A stretch of DNA of 64,000 bases from contig CAYWLQ010000009.1 in the NCBI GenBank assembly GCA_964458775.1, positions 3,077-67,076 on the forward strand. Direction: 5' to 3'. Every line of letters starts with the position of its first letter. Position 1 is the stretch's first letter. This DNA is from an uncultured Myxococcales bacterium (GTDB lineage Bacteria; Myxococcota_A; Polyangia; JAAYKL01). The notes beneath the pieces were generated by a model. The model searched no databases. It was not told the origin of the DNA and saw only the letters and a program-made list of their open reading frames with translations. Both the position numbers and the translations under genes were made by a program. Below are positions 19,436 to 27,905 of this stretch, piece after piece.

Positions 19436-21208
19436 CTACTTTTTTTCGTCAAACTTACCTTTAGTTTTTGGTGCATCAACACCGATCAGGGTTGCTCTGG
19501 CAGAGTCGATGGGGGGAATTGTGCTAATGGGTTCACGATTAGCGGCCGGCGGAACTGAGCTTGTTTTTCTTATCGAGTGTTGGACCATGGTGTCCTTCTT
19601 AATCGTTTTCTCCAATTCCTTCATCATAGCTTCCATCTGTTGAAATCGAATCTCCAGGGACAATAACCCTGCATTTGTACCGGTCTTGGTTTGGTCGTCT
19701 TTTTTGTTATTAGTGTCAAGCAACGGCTCTGTCTTACTAAGCTTTGATTCCAAGCCGCTTAGGCGTTCCTCAAAAGATGCGATAATCGTCTGGGGGCTCT
19801 TGGATAATGCTTTGGACTGTTGCTCCAATTCGGTTAATGCCGCTTCAAATGCTGAAAATCGTCGGTCCATTCCGGCCAAATGATTTTTTATCGACAACTG
19901 CGCTTTTTTCAATTCTTCTATTTCTTCCAGATTATCGCTTTTAGGAACAGCATCACTTGATGCAGATGTTCTTCCTTCAACGAGTTCGGAGGACCTTTGC
20001 TCCAGCTTTTTAACCCGGCTCTCAAGCTTCTTGAGGACTATCTGGGTATCCCACAAATCTTCGAATTGACCGGCAAAATTTTCACTGTGCTCTCCTGCAC
20101 CGACCGACCGTCCCAGCCGAGCTATCGCAATCTCAATATCGGCAAAGCGACTTTCGATTTCTAAAGACAGTGATTCCAACTCACCTTTTCCAATTCCGGA
20201 ATCGGGTTTGGGCGGTACGGAAGAAAGTCCGGTAATTTGACTTAAAAGATCATCAATACGGTCTTGAAAATAGAACTCCCGCTCAGTGCCCTTCCCTTCC
20301 ATATTGGTTATTGCGGCTTGGAGAGCATCAATCTGAGAATTTCTCTCATGAGCCGACAGACTAATCCTTTCCATGTTTACTTCGATCTGCCTATCAGCGG
20401 GTTGCATCTTTGCCGAGGGGTCTTTCAAAACAGCATAAATCTCGTCAATCGTACGATCGCTTTTTGCAGCAACCGCCTTAATCATAGATTTAAGTTCAGC
20501 GTAAAACTCGGCTCCCTCAGCTGCCACAGCGTTGATGAACAGTCCGTTATCCGTAACGGAATTTCGAGTTTCTTGCGTTAGCTCGTTCAGCTGCTTTTGA
20601 AGCTCTAGTATCATCTCAGACTGTCTAGATAGCCGGTCTGCAAACACATTTGATATTTTATGCTGCGATTCGACAGCTTCTACTGAAACATCGAAGCCTT
20701 TTGACAACTCCAACGGTGAGACACTGTTCGTCACCGGCATTTTCGAATTAGAGCTGACCTTTTGCGATGTTGGTTCGTAATTTTGTGCATCTGTTGCTTT
20801 GGGCGGAGGAGGGTAGCTGTCCGTGCTGTGCACACCGAACAACGGATTAACGAGCAGCTTTTGAGCCAGATTGACAACAGCCTCCACTTCACGACGGTCT
20901 ACGATATGTCGAATCCCTTCAAGGCTAACAACGGCTTCCTTTGAATTTGCCACAACAATTACCGGAATATTGGTGCGGGCCGCAAGGCGAAATAGCAGAT
21001 TGAATTCCCCTGCATTTTCATCAATTCCACAAATAACAAGAGCAGGAGAATTAAGATGAAAACGCCGCATCGCCGTCGAAAAATCTGATACCTTAACAAT
21101 CTTGAGCCGGCCTTCCTCCCGATTGTCTAATATAGTACAAAATTCGTCTGCATTAACCGCCAATACAGTGAGCACCTGACTCACATCTTCTTTATGGTTA
21201 CCATCCAT
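19436..21208 (-). CDS. FrzS/AglZ-like protein: N-terminal pseudo-receiver domain plus a long coiled coil
   Basis: The first 120 aa or so follow the REC pattern ('VLTVLAVNAD', 'PALVICGID', 'IPVIVVANS') with a degenerate acidic pocket. About 400 aa of heptad-rich, Glu/Leu/Lys/Ser-rich coiled coil follow. Confidence 0.4.
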   Translation of the reverse strand: MDGNHKEDVSQVLTVLAVNADEFCTILDNREEGRLKIVKVSDFSTAMRRFHLNSPALVICGIDENAGEFNLLFRLAARTNIPVIVVANSKEAVVSLEGIRHIVDRREVEAVVNLAQKLLVNPLFGVHSTDSYPPPPKATDAQNYEPTSQKVSSNSKMPVTNSVSPLELSKGFDVSVEAVESQHKISNVFADRLSRQSEMILELQKQLNELTQETRNSVTDNGLFINAVAAEGAEFYAELKSMIKAVAAKSDRTIDEIYAVLKDPSAKMQPADRQIEVNMERISLSAHERNSQIDALQAAITNMEGKGTEREFYFQDRIDDLLSQITGLSSVPPKPDSGIGKGELESLSLEIESRFADIEIAIARLGRSVGAGEHSENFAGQFEDLWDTQIVLKKLESRVKKLEQRSSELVEGRTSASSDAVPKSDNLEEIEELKKAQLSIKNHLAGMDRRFSAFEAALTELEQQSKALSKSPQTIIASFEERLSGLESKLSKTEPLLDTNNKKDDQTKTGTNAGLLSLEIRFQQMEAMMKELEKTIKKDTMVQHSIRKTSSVPPAANREPISTIPPIDSARATLIGVDAPKTKGKFDEKK

Positions 21209-21513
21209 TAAAACCCTCCCACAGTTCCAACAATCAAGAAGTTACCAATCGTATATAACATCATTACCTATACATGTATTTCAAATCAATACCACACTAT
21301 TTCGCCTGACAATCTGACTCTTCATAGAAAATATCAAGTTCTAAAGTTCGGAACCTACAACGATAAATGTGCTCGCAATTTCAAGCATCCGCTTTATCCT
21401 TATATGTGGCTAAATAGCTATATTAGGAATACGCAAACAGCGTTGAATCTCAAATCGTTACTTTATAAAAGAATAATCTAACGCCTCTTGAATTCAAATT
21501 CTGCTTTTGGTAT

Positions 21514-22272
21514 TTGGCAACGATGGCGGATGGTCTTTCATCATTGACACGTCACACATCGGTTTGGACTTGCTCGGTTTCCACAATTCTCTCAGCAGTC
21601 GAATCTATTTCTCCTTGGCTTTCTGACAGCGAGCAGAAACGTTTTGACAAATTTGTGTTTGAAGAAGACAGATATTCTTATGCTGCAGGCAGGATTTTGC
21701 TTAAAACCGTATTGTCACATTGCTTGACGGATATTTCACCAACATCTTGGAGAATTCTTCCGGATGAGCGAGGCGCTATCCATATAGATCCCAAACAAAA
21801 CCTGTCGGGAGCAAACATCAATCTCTCCAGGCGGCGAGATCGGGTCGCCTGCATTGTCGGTAATCGGCGAGTCGGAATCGATATTGAGAACATTTCCCGC
21901 GATGTGGATATTGAAGGAATTGCAAGAACAGTGTTTACGGACTTGGAGTCGGCCGACATGATGAAGCTTTCTCTTACTAATCGTCGACTATTTTTTTTTG
22001 AGCGGTGGTGTCTCAAAGAGGCGTATGTTAAAGCGCTTGGCGTCGGCTTTCATCTGGCACCCAACCGGTTTAGGCTTGTCCAAGGAAAAGGGGGGCGGTA
22101 TTTCGTGGAGCACCTAGATGTTGTCGGCAGAATCGGTCCTCTATTTCCCAATCAATTTCAATTTGAAATTTCTAATCCCGATGATTCACACATTCTTGTT
22201 GCCGCTCATGAGATTCATCCATCAGAGAGCGTCGACTTTGAAATAAGGGATTGTTCCGCTGTGCTTTTCTGA
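21514..22272 (+). CDS. Sfp/EntD-type 4'-phosphopantetheinyl transferase
   Basis: 'VGIDIENI' and 'FFERWCLKEAYVKALGVGF' (W/KEA..KA.G) motifs. Confidence 0.7.
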   Translation: MATMADGLSSLTRHTSVWTCSVSTILSAVESISPWLSDSEQKRFDKFVFEEDRYSYAAGRILLKTVLSHCLTDISPTSWRILPDERGAIHIDPKQNLSGANINLSRRRDRVACIVGNRRVGIDIENISRDVDIEGIARTVFTDLESADMMKLSLTNRRLFFFERWCLKEAYVKALGVGFHLAPNRFRLVQGKGGRYFVEHLDVVGRIGPLFPNQFQFEISNPDDSHILVAAHEIHPSESVDFEIRDCSAVLF

Positions 22273-22311
22273 CTTACCGAGCGCTCTTTCTTGTTTACAA
22301 GTAGGTGTTAA

Positions 22312-24012
22312 TTACCATGGATGAACCTCGTCTATGATTCTAACAGGACGATCATCTTTTGTATTGGAGGCATTGTTCTTAGAATCATCTTTGGGCTTTG
22401 TATTCGGATCATCAGGTTTGGTTTGTGGTGTATTAACATGGGGACGCAATACGATTTTTTCGGAATGAGTGTTTGATGCGGGTTTTGACTTGTTGTCAGG
22501 TAATAATTGAACAACTAGTTTTGTATTCTTGTCAAATACTACATCTTTTCGAAAAACTATAAATCCCGAAGCGGTTATTTCTATAGAGTGTTTCTGCTGA
22601 TCGTACGGTACATGCAAATTTACGGATCCAAGAGGATTGAGAACACCGTCAATGGAGACTTGTGCATTGGGAGGCGATACATCAATTTCTAAAGCGACTG
22701 TTTGATTTGCAAAAGAAAGTGTCGCTTTTTCATTTTCAGTTTTTGTGTCCCTGCTATTTTTGTCAATAGTATTTGTATTATCCACAGAAGACGGACTCTT
22801 TTCATTAACAACACCTGTTTCAGCCGGAAGTGTTGTAACTAGGGGAGTTAAAGGTGTTTCTTTTTTGTCGGCTTGATTGTTCTGAACCAAGAGTTGGTAA
22901 GCTGCTATTGCCAAGATCATAGCTGCTATTGTCAGAGCGGCAATAATCACTCCAAATCCTCTGTTTTGTTTCGGTTTGCTGATAGTCTCTGTCAATTGCA
23001 GAGATGTATTGTCAGTCTGATAGTTTCCAGTTTGTAAATCAAAAGAAGAGCTAAGTGCAGAATCTCTAAAACGTGTTACTCCCAAACCGGTTTGGCAAGC
23101 TGTATTTGGTGAGAATTGATTAATAGCCCTCCTAAAAGAGGCAGCATCTGCAAATCTTTTGCCTGGATTTTTTTCAATGGCCTGCATTACAGCATCGGAT
23201 AATGCAGGCGGAATTGAGGGCACCAACTCACAAGGACTCGGAGGTGTCTCTCCGATAATCTTCAGAAGAAGCATTGTAAGTGCTTTTTCTTCAAAAGCAG
23301 TTTTACCTGTCAAAATTCTGTAGAGAATTAGTCCGACAGAGAAGATGTCGGTATGGTGAGTAATATTTGTTTCACCGCGAGCCTGTTCGGGTGACATATA
23401 TGAAGGAGTTCCTAGAAGTTCGCCGGTACGTGTCAAACCTTCATGTTCACTCTCTTCTTCTTTAATTTTAGAAATTCCAAAATCTACAAGTTTAACATAG
23501 TCTTCTGCATCTCGATTACAGACCAAAAAGATATTCGCCGGTTTTAGGTCACGATGAATAATCCCCTTTGAATGAGCAGCTTCCAATGCTGATAATACTT
23601 GTATAGTAATATGACAAGCTCTTTCGGGATCAAGTCGCTTTCCATCTGCCAGACATGTTGCTAGATCTATCCCATCAAGATATTCCATAACAATATAGAG
23701 TTCGCCGCTTTCAGTGAATCCCATATCTGTGACATCAACGATGTGATCATGACCGATTGCAGAGGCAGCTTGTGCTTCACGACGAAAACGCTCCGCAACA
23801 CCTGGGTCATGCGCATACTCTGCATGTAGTAGTTTTATGGCTAGTCTACGATTTATAAGTTTGTGTTTAGCCTCATAGACTACCCCCATGCCGCCTCGTC
23901 CGAGCATACGAACAAGCTCATATTTTTTTTCAAGAATTCGACCAATATAGGGGTCGGCCAGTTGTGTATCTCTCAATCGAACATCTCCGCTGAATCCATT
24001 AAATGGTCGCAA
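22312..24012 (-). CDS. Hanks-type Ser/Thr protein kinase with TM segment and C-terminal PEGA domain
   Basis: 'LGRGGMGVVYEA', 'AIK', 'HRDLKPANIFL', 'DFGISK' and 'SPEQ'. TM 'IIAALTIAAMILAIAAY'. C-terminal 'VSIDGVLNPLGSVNLHVPYDQQKHSIEITASGF' is a PEGA fold. Confidence 0.9.
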   Translation of the reverse strand: MRPFNGFSGDVRLRDTQLADPYIGRILEKKYELVRMLGRGGMGVVYEAKHKLINRRLAIKLLHAEYAHDPGVAERFRREAQAASAIGHDHIVDVTDMGFTESGELYIVMEYLDGIDLATCLADGKRLDPERACHITIQVLSALEAAHSKGIIHRDLKPANIFLVCNRDAEDYVKLVDFGISKIKEEESEHEGLTRTGELLGTPSYMSPEQARGETNITHHTDIFSVGLILYRILTGKTAFEEKALTMLLLKIIGETPPSPCELVPSIPPALSDAVMQAIEKNPGKRFADAASFRRAINQFSPNTACQTGLGVTRFRDSALSSSFDLQTGNYQTDNTSLQLTETISKPKQNRGFGVIIAALTIAAMILAIAAYQLLVQNNQADKKETPLTPLVTTLPAETGVVNEKSPSSVDNTNTIDKNSRDTKTENEKATLSFANQTVALEIDVSPPNAQVSIDGVLNPLGSVNLHVPYDQQKHSIEITASGFIVFRKDVVFDKNTKLVVQLLPDNKSKPASNTHSEKIVLRPHVNTPQTKPDDPNTKPKDDSKNNASNTKDDRPVRIIDEVHPW

Positions 24013-25472
24013 TATGCACAGCTTACAGTATTCTCTCCTCGTTTTATCATCATAGGCTCAACAGATTCATTATGCGATACATGAGTAATGCATAGGCTGT
24101 TGGGGCAAGATATTTGAGGAATTCCTGTCATTCGACAGGGAAGTCGAAGTTGCATTTTGCGAACCACCTGTCCGCTTTTTATTATGTTAATGCGACATCC
24201 TGGTGAAATCGCTGCAACAGATCTCATTTCATCTTCTGTAAGTTCTCGACCTTCAATCATCAGTATTCCTTTAACTGCATCGGGTCTTCTAATCGATTTT
24301 ACAGTTCCTGCGCGATAAATATCACGTCGTTCACGCACCTGAAGCAGTCTGATCAACAACTCTTCCTGATAGGCTTTTACATGGTCAATAACTACTCCAT
24401 AATCACGGATTGGTCGTATTGAGAACTCAGTTCTGACCGGTTTTACAACCACCGGGAGGTCCTCAATAAATTCTGCTTCTTCTCCCGCCTCTTTCCATCT
24501 TTCGCCGTTATAGTCAGAACCCAATAGACCTAGAGATAGGGCCAATTCTACAAGTCGTGTCGGAACACCGTTTCCGGCCTGTCGCTTATAGATTGACTTG
24601 GGATGACTGTCCAATGCAGATGTTATTGAAGGCCATGTTTTGTCAATTGGTAAGGGATGCATAAGGCCGAATGATTCCCTTGTTGTTTTCATCATCTTTG
24701 GTGTAAATTCACAATCCGCCTTCGCTCGGTCAAGTTCTTGTTGGTCAGGTATGCGTTCTTTCTGAATTCGAGTTTGATAAAGAATATCAACTTTATTTGC
24801 CATTTCTGCTAAGGACCCATATATCTTTATCTCTACTCCGGCGTTTCTTGCCATTTCTGCAAATATTGGAGGAAGTGACAGATTTGTTGGAGAAAACATA
24901 TGCAACCGTACTCCCGAAAACTTAGTAAGTGCGTTTACAAGGGAATGAACAGTTCTTCCGTATTTCAAATCCCCAGCCACACCTATATCAAAATCCTCCA
25001 ATCGACCGAGGTGCTCCCTAATGGTAAACAAATCCAAAATTGTTTGTGTCGGATGTTCATGCTTGCCGTCACCGGCGTTGAAAACCGGAATCTCAAGATG
25101 ACGAGCTGCCAACCTTGCGGATCCGTCTAAATGATGACGAATGATTAGCACATCACAATTGTAAGCTTCATACATATCTAAGGTATGCCGAAGAGACTCG
25201 CCCTTTTGTACGGAAGTTCCCTCCGTACTCGAAAATCCGGTAACGCTTAAACCTAGGCGCATTGCTGCTATTTCAAAGCTGGTTCTGGTTCGCGTTGAAT
25301 TTTCATAGAACAAAAGAGCTGCAATAAGATCTTTGTTAGCAGCTAAACGATATATATCAGTATTTCTGGCAAAAAGGGCGGTTTTCATAATCTGAGCTTG
25401 GTCCATAATATAAAGAAGCTCTTCTTTAGTAAATTGATGAATGTCTGTAAAATCTCTGTTTATGAACTGCAT
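23973..25472 (-). CDS. pyrB: aspartate carbamoyltransferase, fused catalytic (PyrB) and regulatory (PyrI) chains
   Basis: PyrB motifs 'STRTR', 'HPTQ' and 'HPLP'. The C-terminal 150 aa or so carry PyrI features ('YGVVIDHV', the Zn site 'CPNSLCITH...CAYCDH'). Confidence 0.85.
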   Translation of the reverse strand: MQFINRDFTDIHQFTKEELLYIMDQAQIMKTALFARNTDIYRLAANKDLIAALLFYENSTRTRTSFEIAAMRLGLSVTGFSSTEGTSVQKGESLRHTLDMYEAYNCDVLIIRHHLDGSARLAARHLEIPVFNAGDGKHEHPTQTILDLFTIREHLGRLEDFDIGVAGDLKYGRTVHSLVNALTKFSGVRLHMFSPTNLSLPPIFAEMARNAGVEIKIYGSLAEMANKVDILYQTRIQKERIPDQQELDRAKADCEFTPKMMKTTRESFGLMHPLPIDKTWPSITSALDSHPKSIYKRQAGNGVPTRLVELALSLGLLGSDYNGERWKEAGEEAEFIEDLPVVVKPVRTEFSIRPIRDYGVVIDHVKAYQEELLIRLLQVRERRDIYRAGTVKSIRRPDAVKGILMIEGRELTEDEMRSVAAISPGCRINIIKSGQVVRKMQLRLPCRMTGIPQISCPNSLCITHVSHNESVEPMMIKRGENTVSCAYCDHLMDSAEMFD

Positions 25473-26113
25473 AGATATCCTTTTTGCTCACAAGTTGCTT
25501 ATATATGGAAAACCGAGGTATATGGAGACGGTCATTGAATTTTGCCCGCTCTTCTTTACCTTAAGTAGTTTTATCAGGAAATCTTAGAACGCCCAATCAT
25601 AAGAAATCGAAAAATAAATTATATGCCTTTTTGTTTAGGTGTTAGTTATAAACACAAGACAAACAATGCAAAAATTGTCCTTGGATTGTCATTGGCATGT
25701 GGTGTAAAAAAAACCTAGACTGTGAATAACTTTTATTCATTGACTTGGCTGCGTTTCTCATATATTAGCCTCATTCTTATTTTTCAAGTATGCAAAGGAC
25801 ACCCTTGTTGTCAAATTATCGATAATATTCAGTATGTTACGCTTGTTGTCTGTTTTTGATAACAAACTTTAAGGTTAACAACATTGTTTCAGCCTCCCTG
25901 TGGATAACCTGTGGACAAATCGTGTAAAAGGTCATTTTATTGAATCATCACGGATATACACAAAATCGAGTATGTCCAATTCATTGCGGTTAACTTACTG
26001 TTGGTGATAGACTGCTATTGTAATGCTGATGACAGTCAAAATAGATTATTCTTTCACTCGACAATTTGCGATTGTTCATTCATTTTTCAACATAACGTTT
26101 TTGAGGTTGAAAT

Positions 26114-26776
26114 TTGAATAAACTCGTAAAAACTCTGTCTACTGTAAAGAAGGAAGCACCTGAACAAACCACAGATGCTTTAACTGATTTGAAGCTTGTG
26201 GAGCGTTCGAGAAAAGGTGATGACACAGCGTTTGCAGAACTGGTCGTGCGATATCAGAATAAAGTATATTCGATCGCATTAGGAATGATAAAGAATAGAG
26301 AAGATGCCATGGATATAACACAAGATGCTTTTGTAAAGGTCCACCGGTATCTAGATAATTTTCAAGGAAACTCAAGCTTTTATACCTGGCTCTATAGAAT
26401 TGTAATTAATCTATGCATAGATCACATTCGCAAAGAAGGTCGAAGAGCAAATACTGATTTTGATGAGAAGCATTTGTATTCAAGTGAAACTAATGAAAAC
26501 AATGATATTCTGCCTCATAATTCAGACAATAATCCATCCAAACTTCTTGGAAGGAAAGAAATGGCTTTAAGAATTCAGGATGCTGTAAATGATCTTCCAG
26601 AATATCATAGAGCAGTCATAGTAATGAGAGAGATAGAGGGACTTTCCTACACTGAAATGGCAAAAACAATGAAGGTATCAAAAGGGACAATAATGTCGCG
26701 ACTGCACCATGCCCGTCAAAAACTGAAAAAATCCCTGGAACCGTATTTGGAGGGGGAGTTGCTGATACAAGAGTAG
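26114..26776 (+). CDS. ECF (group 4) sigma-70 family sigma factor
   Basis: Region 2 'YQNKVYSIALGMIKNREDAMDITQDAFVKVHRYLDNF...FYTWLYRIVINLCIDHIRK' and region 4 'LSYTEMAKTMKVSKGTIMSRLHHARQKLKK'. TTG start. Confidence 0.85.
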   Translation: MNKLVKTLSTVKKEAPEQTTDALTDLKLVERSRKGDDTAFAELVVRYQNKVYSIALGMIKNREDAMDITQDAFVKVHRYLDNFQGNSSFYTWLYRIVINLCIDHIRKEGRRANTDFDEKHLYSSETNENNDILPHNSDNNPSKLLGRKEMALRIQDAVNDLPEYHRAVIVMREIEGLSYTEMAKTMKVSKGTIMSRLHHARQKLKKSLEPYLEGELLIQE

Positions 26777-26785
26777 GAGCGTGAA

Positions 26786-27328
26786 ATGAAAAACATAACA
26801 CAGAAGCTGATTGAACAATATGCAGATGGAGAATTGCCTTTGAATAAGGCAAAAACAGTAAAAACGCTCCTTGATAACTCCAGTAATGTAGATTTGTCCG
26901 TTGAGGAAATCAAACGTATAGGTTCTTTATTAAGGCTAATGAATGAAGAAACCGCAAAAGATGTATCGTTTGACGGATTGGCTGATAAGGTTCTTGCAGA
27001 GATTAAAACCGATAGAACCTCATTATCATATGCGGAGAAATTAAAGGTTTGGTTATCTGAAGTTATAGAAAATAGACGTGGTATATGGATTCCGGCTTCC
27101 GCTATCGCATGTGCTGCATGTTTGGCCGCTGTCTTGCTTCCGTCATTGTCTCCGTCAACAACAGCTAATTCCCATACGTTTGATACAAATATTGTTTTGC
27201 ACTCGACAGTTTCCGGAAAAGGATCTCATATAGCAACTGTGGATTTCGGTATGGAGTCCGGATTACAATATGCGGTTGAAGATGGAATGGGAAATCGCGT
27301 AGGTGTGGTTTGGATATTGGAGAAATAG
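26786..27328 (+). CDS. membrane-anchored anti-sigma factor (putative)
   Basis: Lies immediately downstream of the ECF sigma, 10 nt after its stop. An N-terminal anti-sigma-like helix region is followed by a single TM ('IACAACLAAVLLPSL') and a small periplasmic tail. Confidence 0.5.
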   Translation: MKNITQKLIEQYADGELPLNKAKTVKTLLDNSSNVDLSVEEIKRIGSLLRLMNEETAKDVSFDGLADKVLAEIKTDRTSLSYAEKLKVWLSEVIENRRGIWIPASAIACAACLAAVLLPSLSPSTTANSHTFDTNIVLHSTVSGKGSHIATVDFGMESGLQYAVEDGMGNRVGVVWILEK

Positions 27329-27356
27329 ATATTAATTTAGGCGATTTGGGAAAAAA

Positions 27357-27842
27357 ATGGATGCTGTAAAAATAAGAAAAATATTTGTCATTGTACAAGC
27401 ATTGTCATTAATGGCAGTTTTCCATATCGCGGATGCAGCGATTGCTGCTACAAAATGCGAGATTCTCTCAATAAAAGCTTCTTCAGACGGCAAGGGTGTT
27501 GATCCGGCGGTAGCAAGATATGCCAAAATTTTCAAAAACGAACCCTTTGCTAAGTTTAACAGCTTTGCATTGATTGATCGACAACCGGTTGATATTGAGC
27601 TTAATGTTCCTAAAAATCTTAAGTTACCGGAAAATATTTCTGCATCTTTAAAACTTAACAAGTATTCTGATGGTAAATTTGATTTAACTTTAGCACTTTC
27701 ACGTTTGTCTAAATCTCCTGTTAACATTAACGGAATTGCCTCTCCGGGAAGTCCCATATTTGCTGCCGGAATGAAGAGCGATAACGGTATATGGATTTTC
27801 GGCGTTGTTTGTGATGGACCTGAAGTCGGCATAACTCCTTGA
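27357..27842 (+). CDS. secreted hypothetical protein
   Basis: N-terminal signal peptide and no recognisable motif. Co-oriented with the sigma/anti-sigma pair. Confidence 0.3.
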   Translation: MDAVKIRKIFVIVQALSLMAVFHIADAAIAATKCEILSIKASSDGKGVDPAVARYAKIFKNEPFAKFNSFALIDRQPVDIELNVPKNLKLPENISASLKLNKYSDGKFDLTLALSRLSKSPVNINGIASPGSPIFAAGMKSDNGIWIFGVVCDGPEVGITP

Positions 27843-27905
27843 TTTGTTATATAAGCAGTTCAAAACTTGACTCTCTTTCATTAACCTTCGATTCTGACCT
27901 TTAGA

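Noticed and set aside
25473-26113. Chromosomal origin (oriC) suggested by two adjacent DnaA-box-like 9-mers in a long AT-rich intergenic region
   Set aside because: There are only two boxes, no dnaA/dnaN/gidA/parAB neighbours, and no obvious DUE repeats. The region is more likely a regulatory intergenic region.
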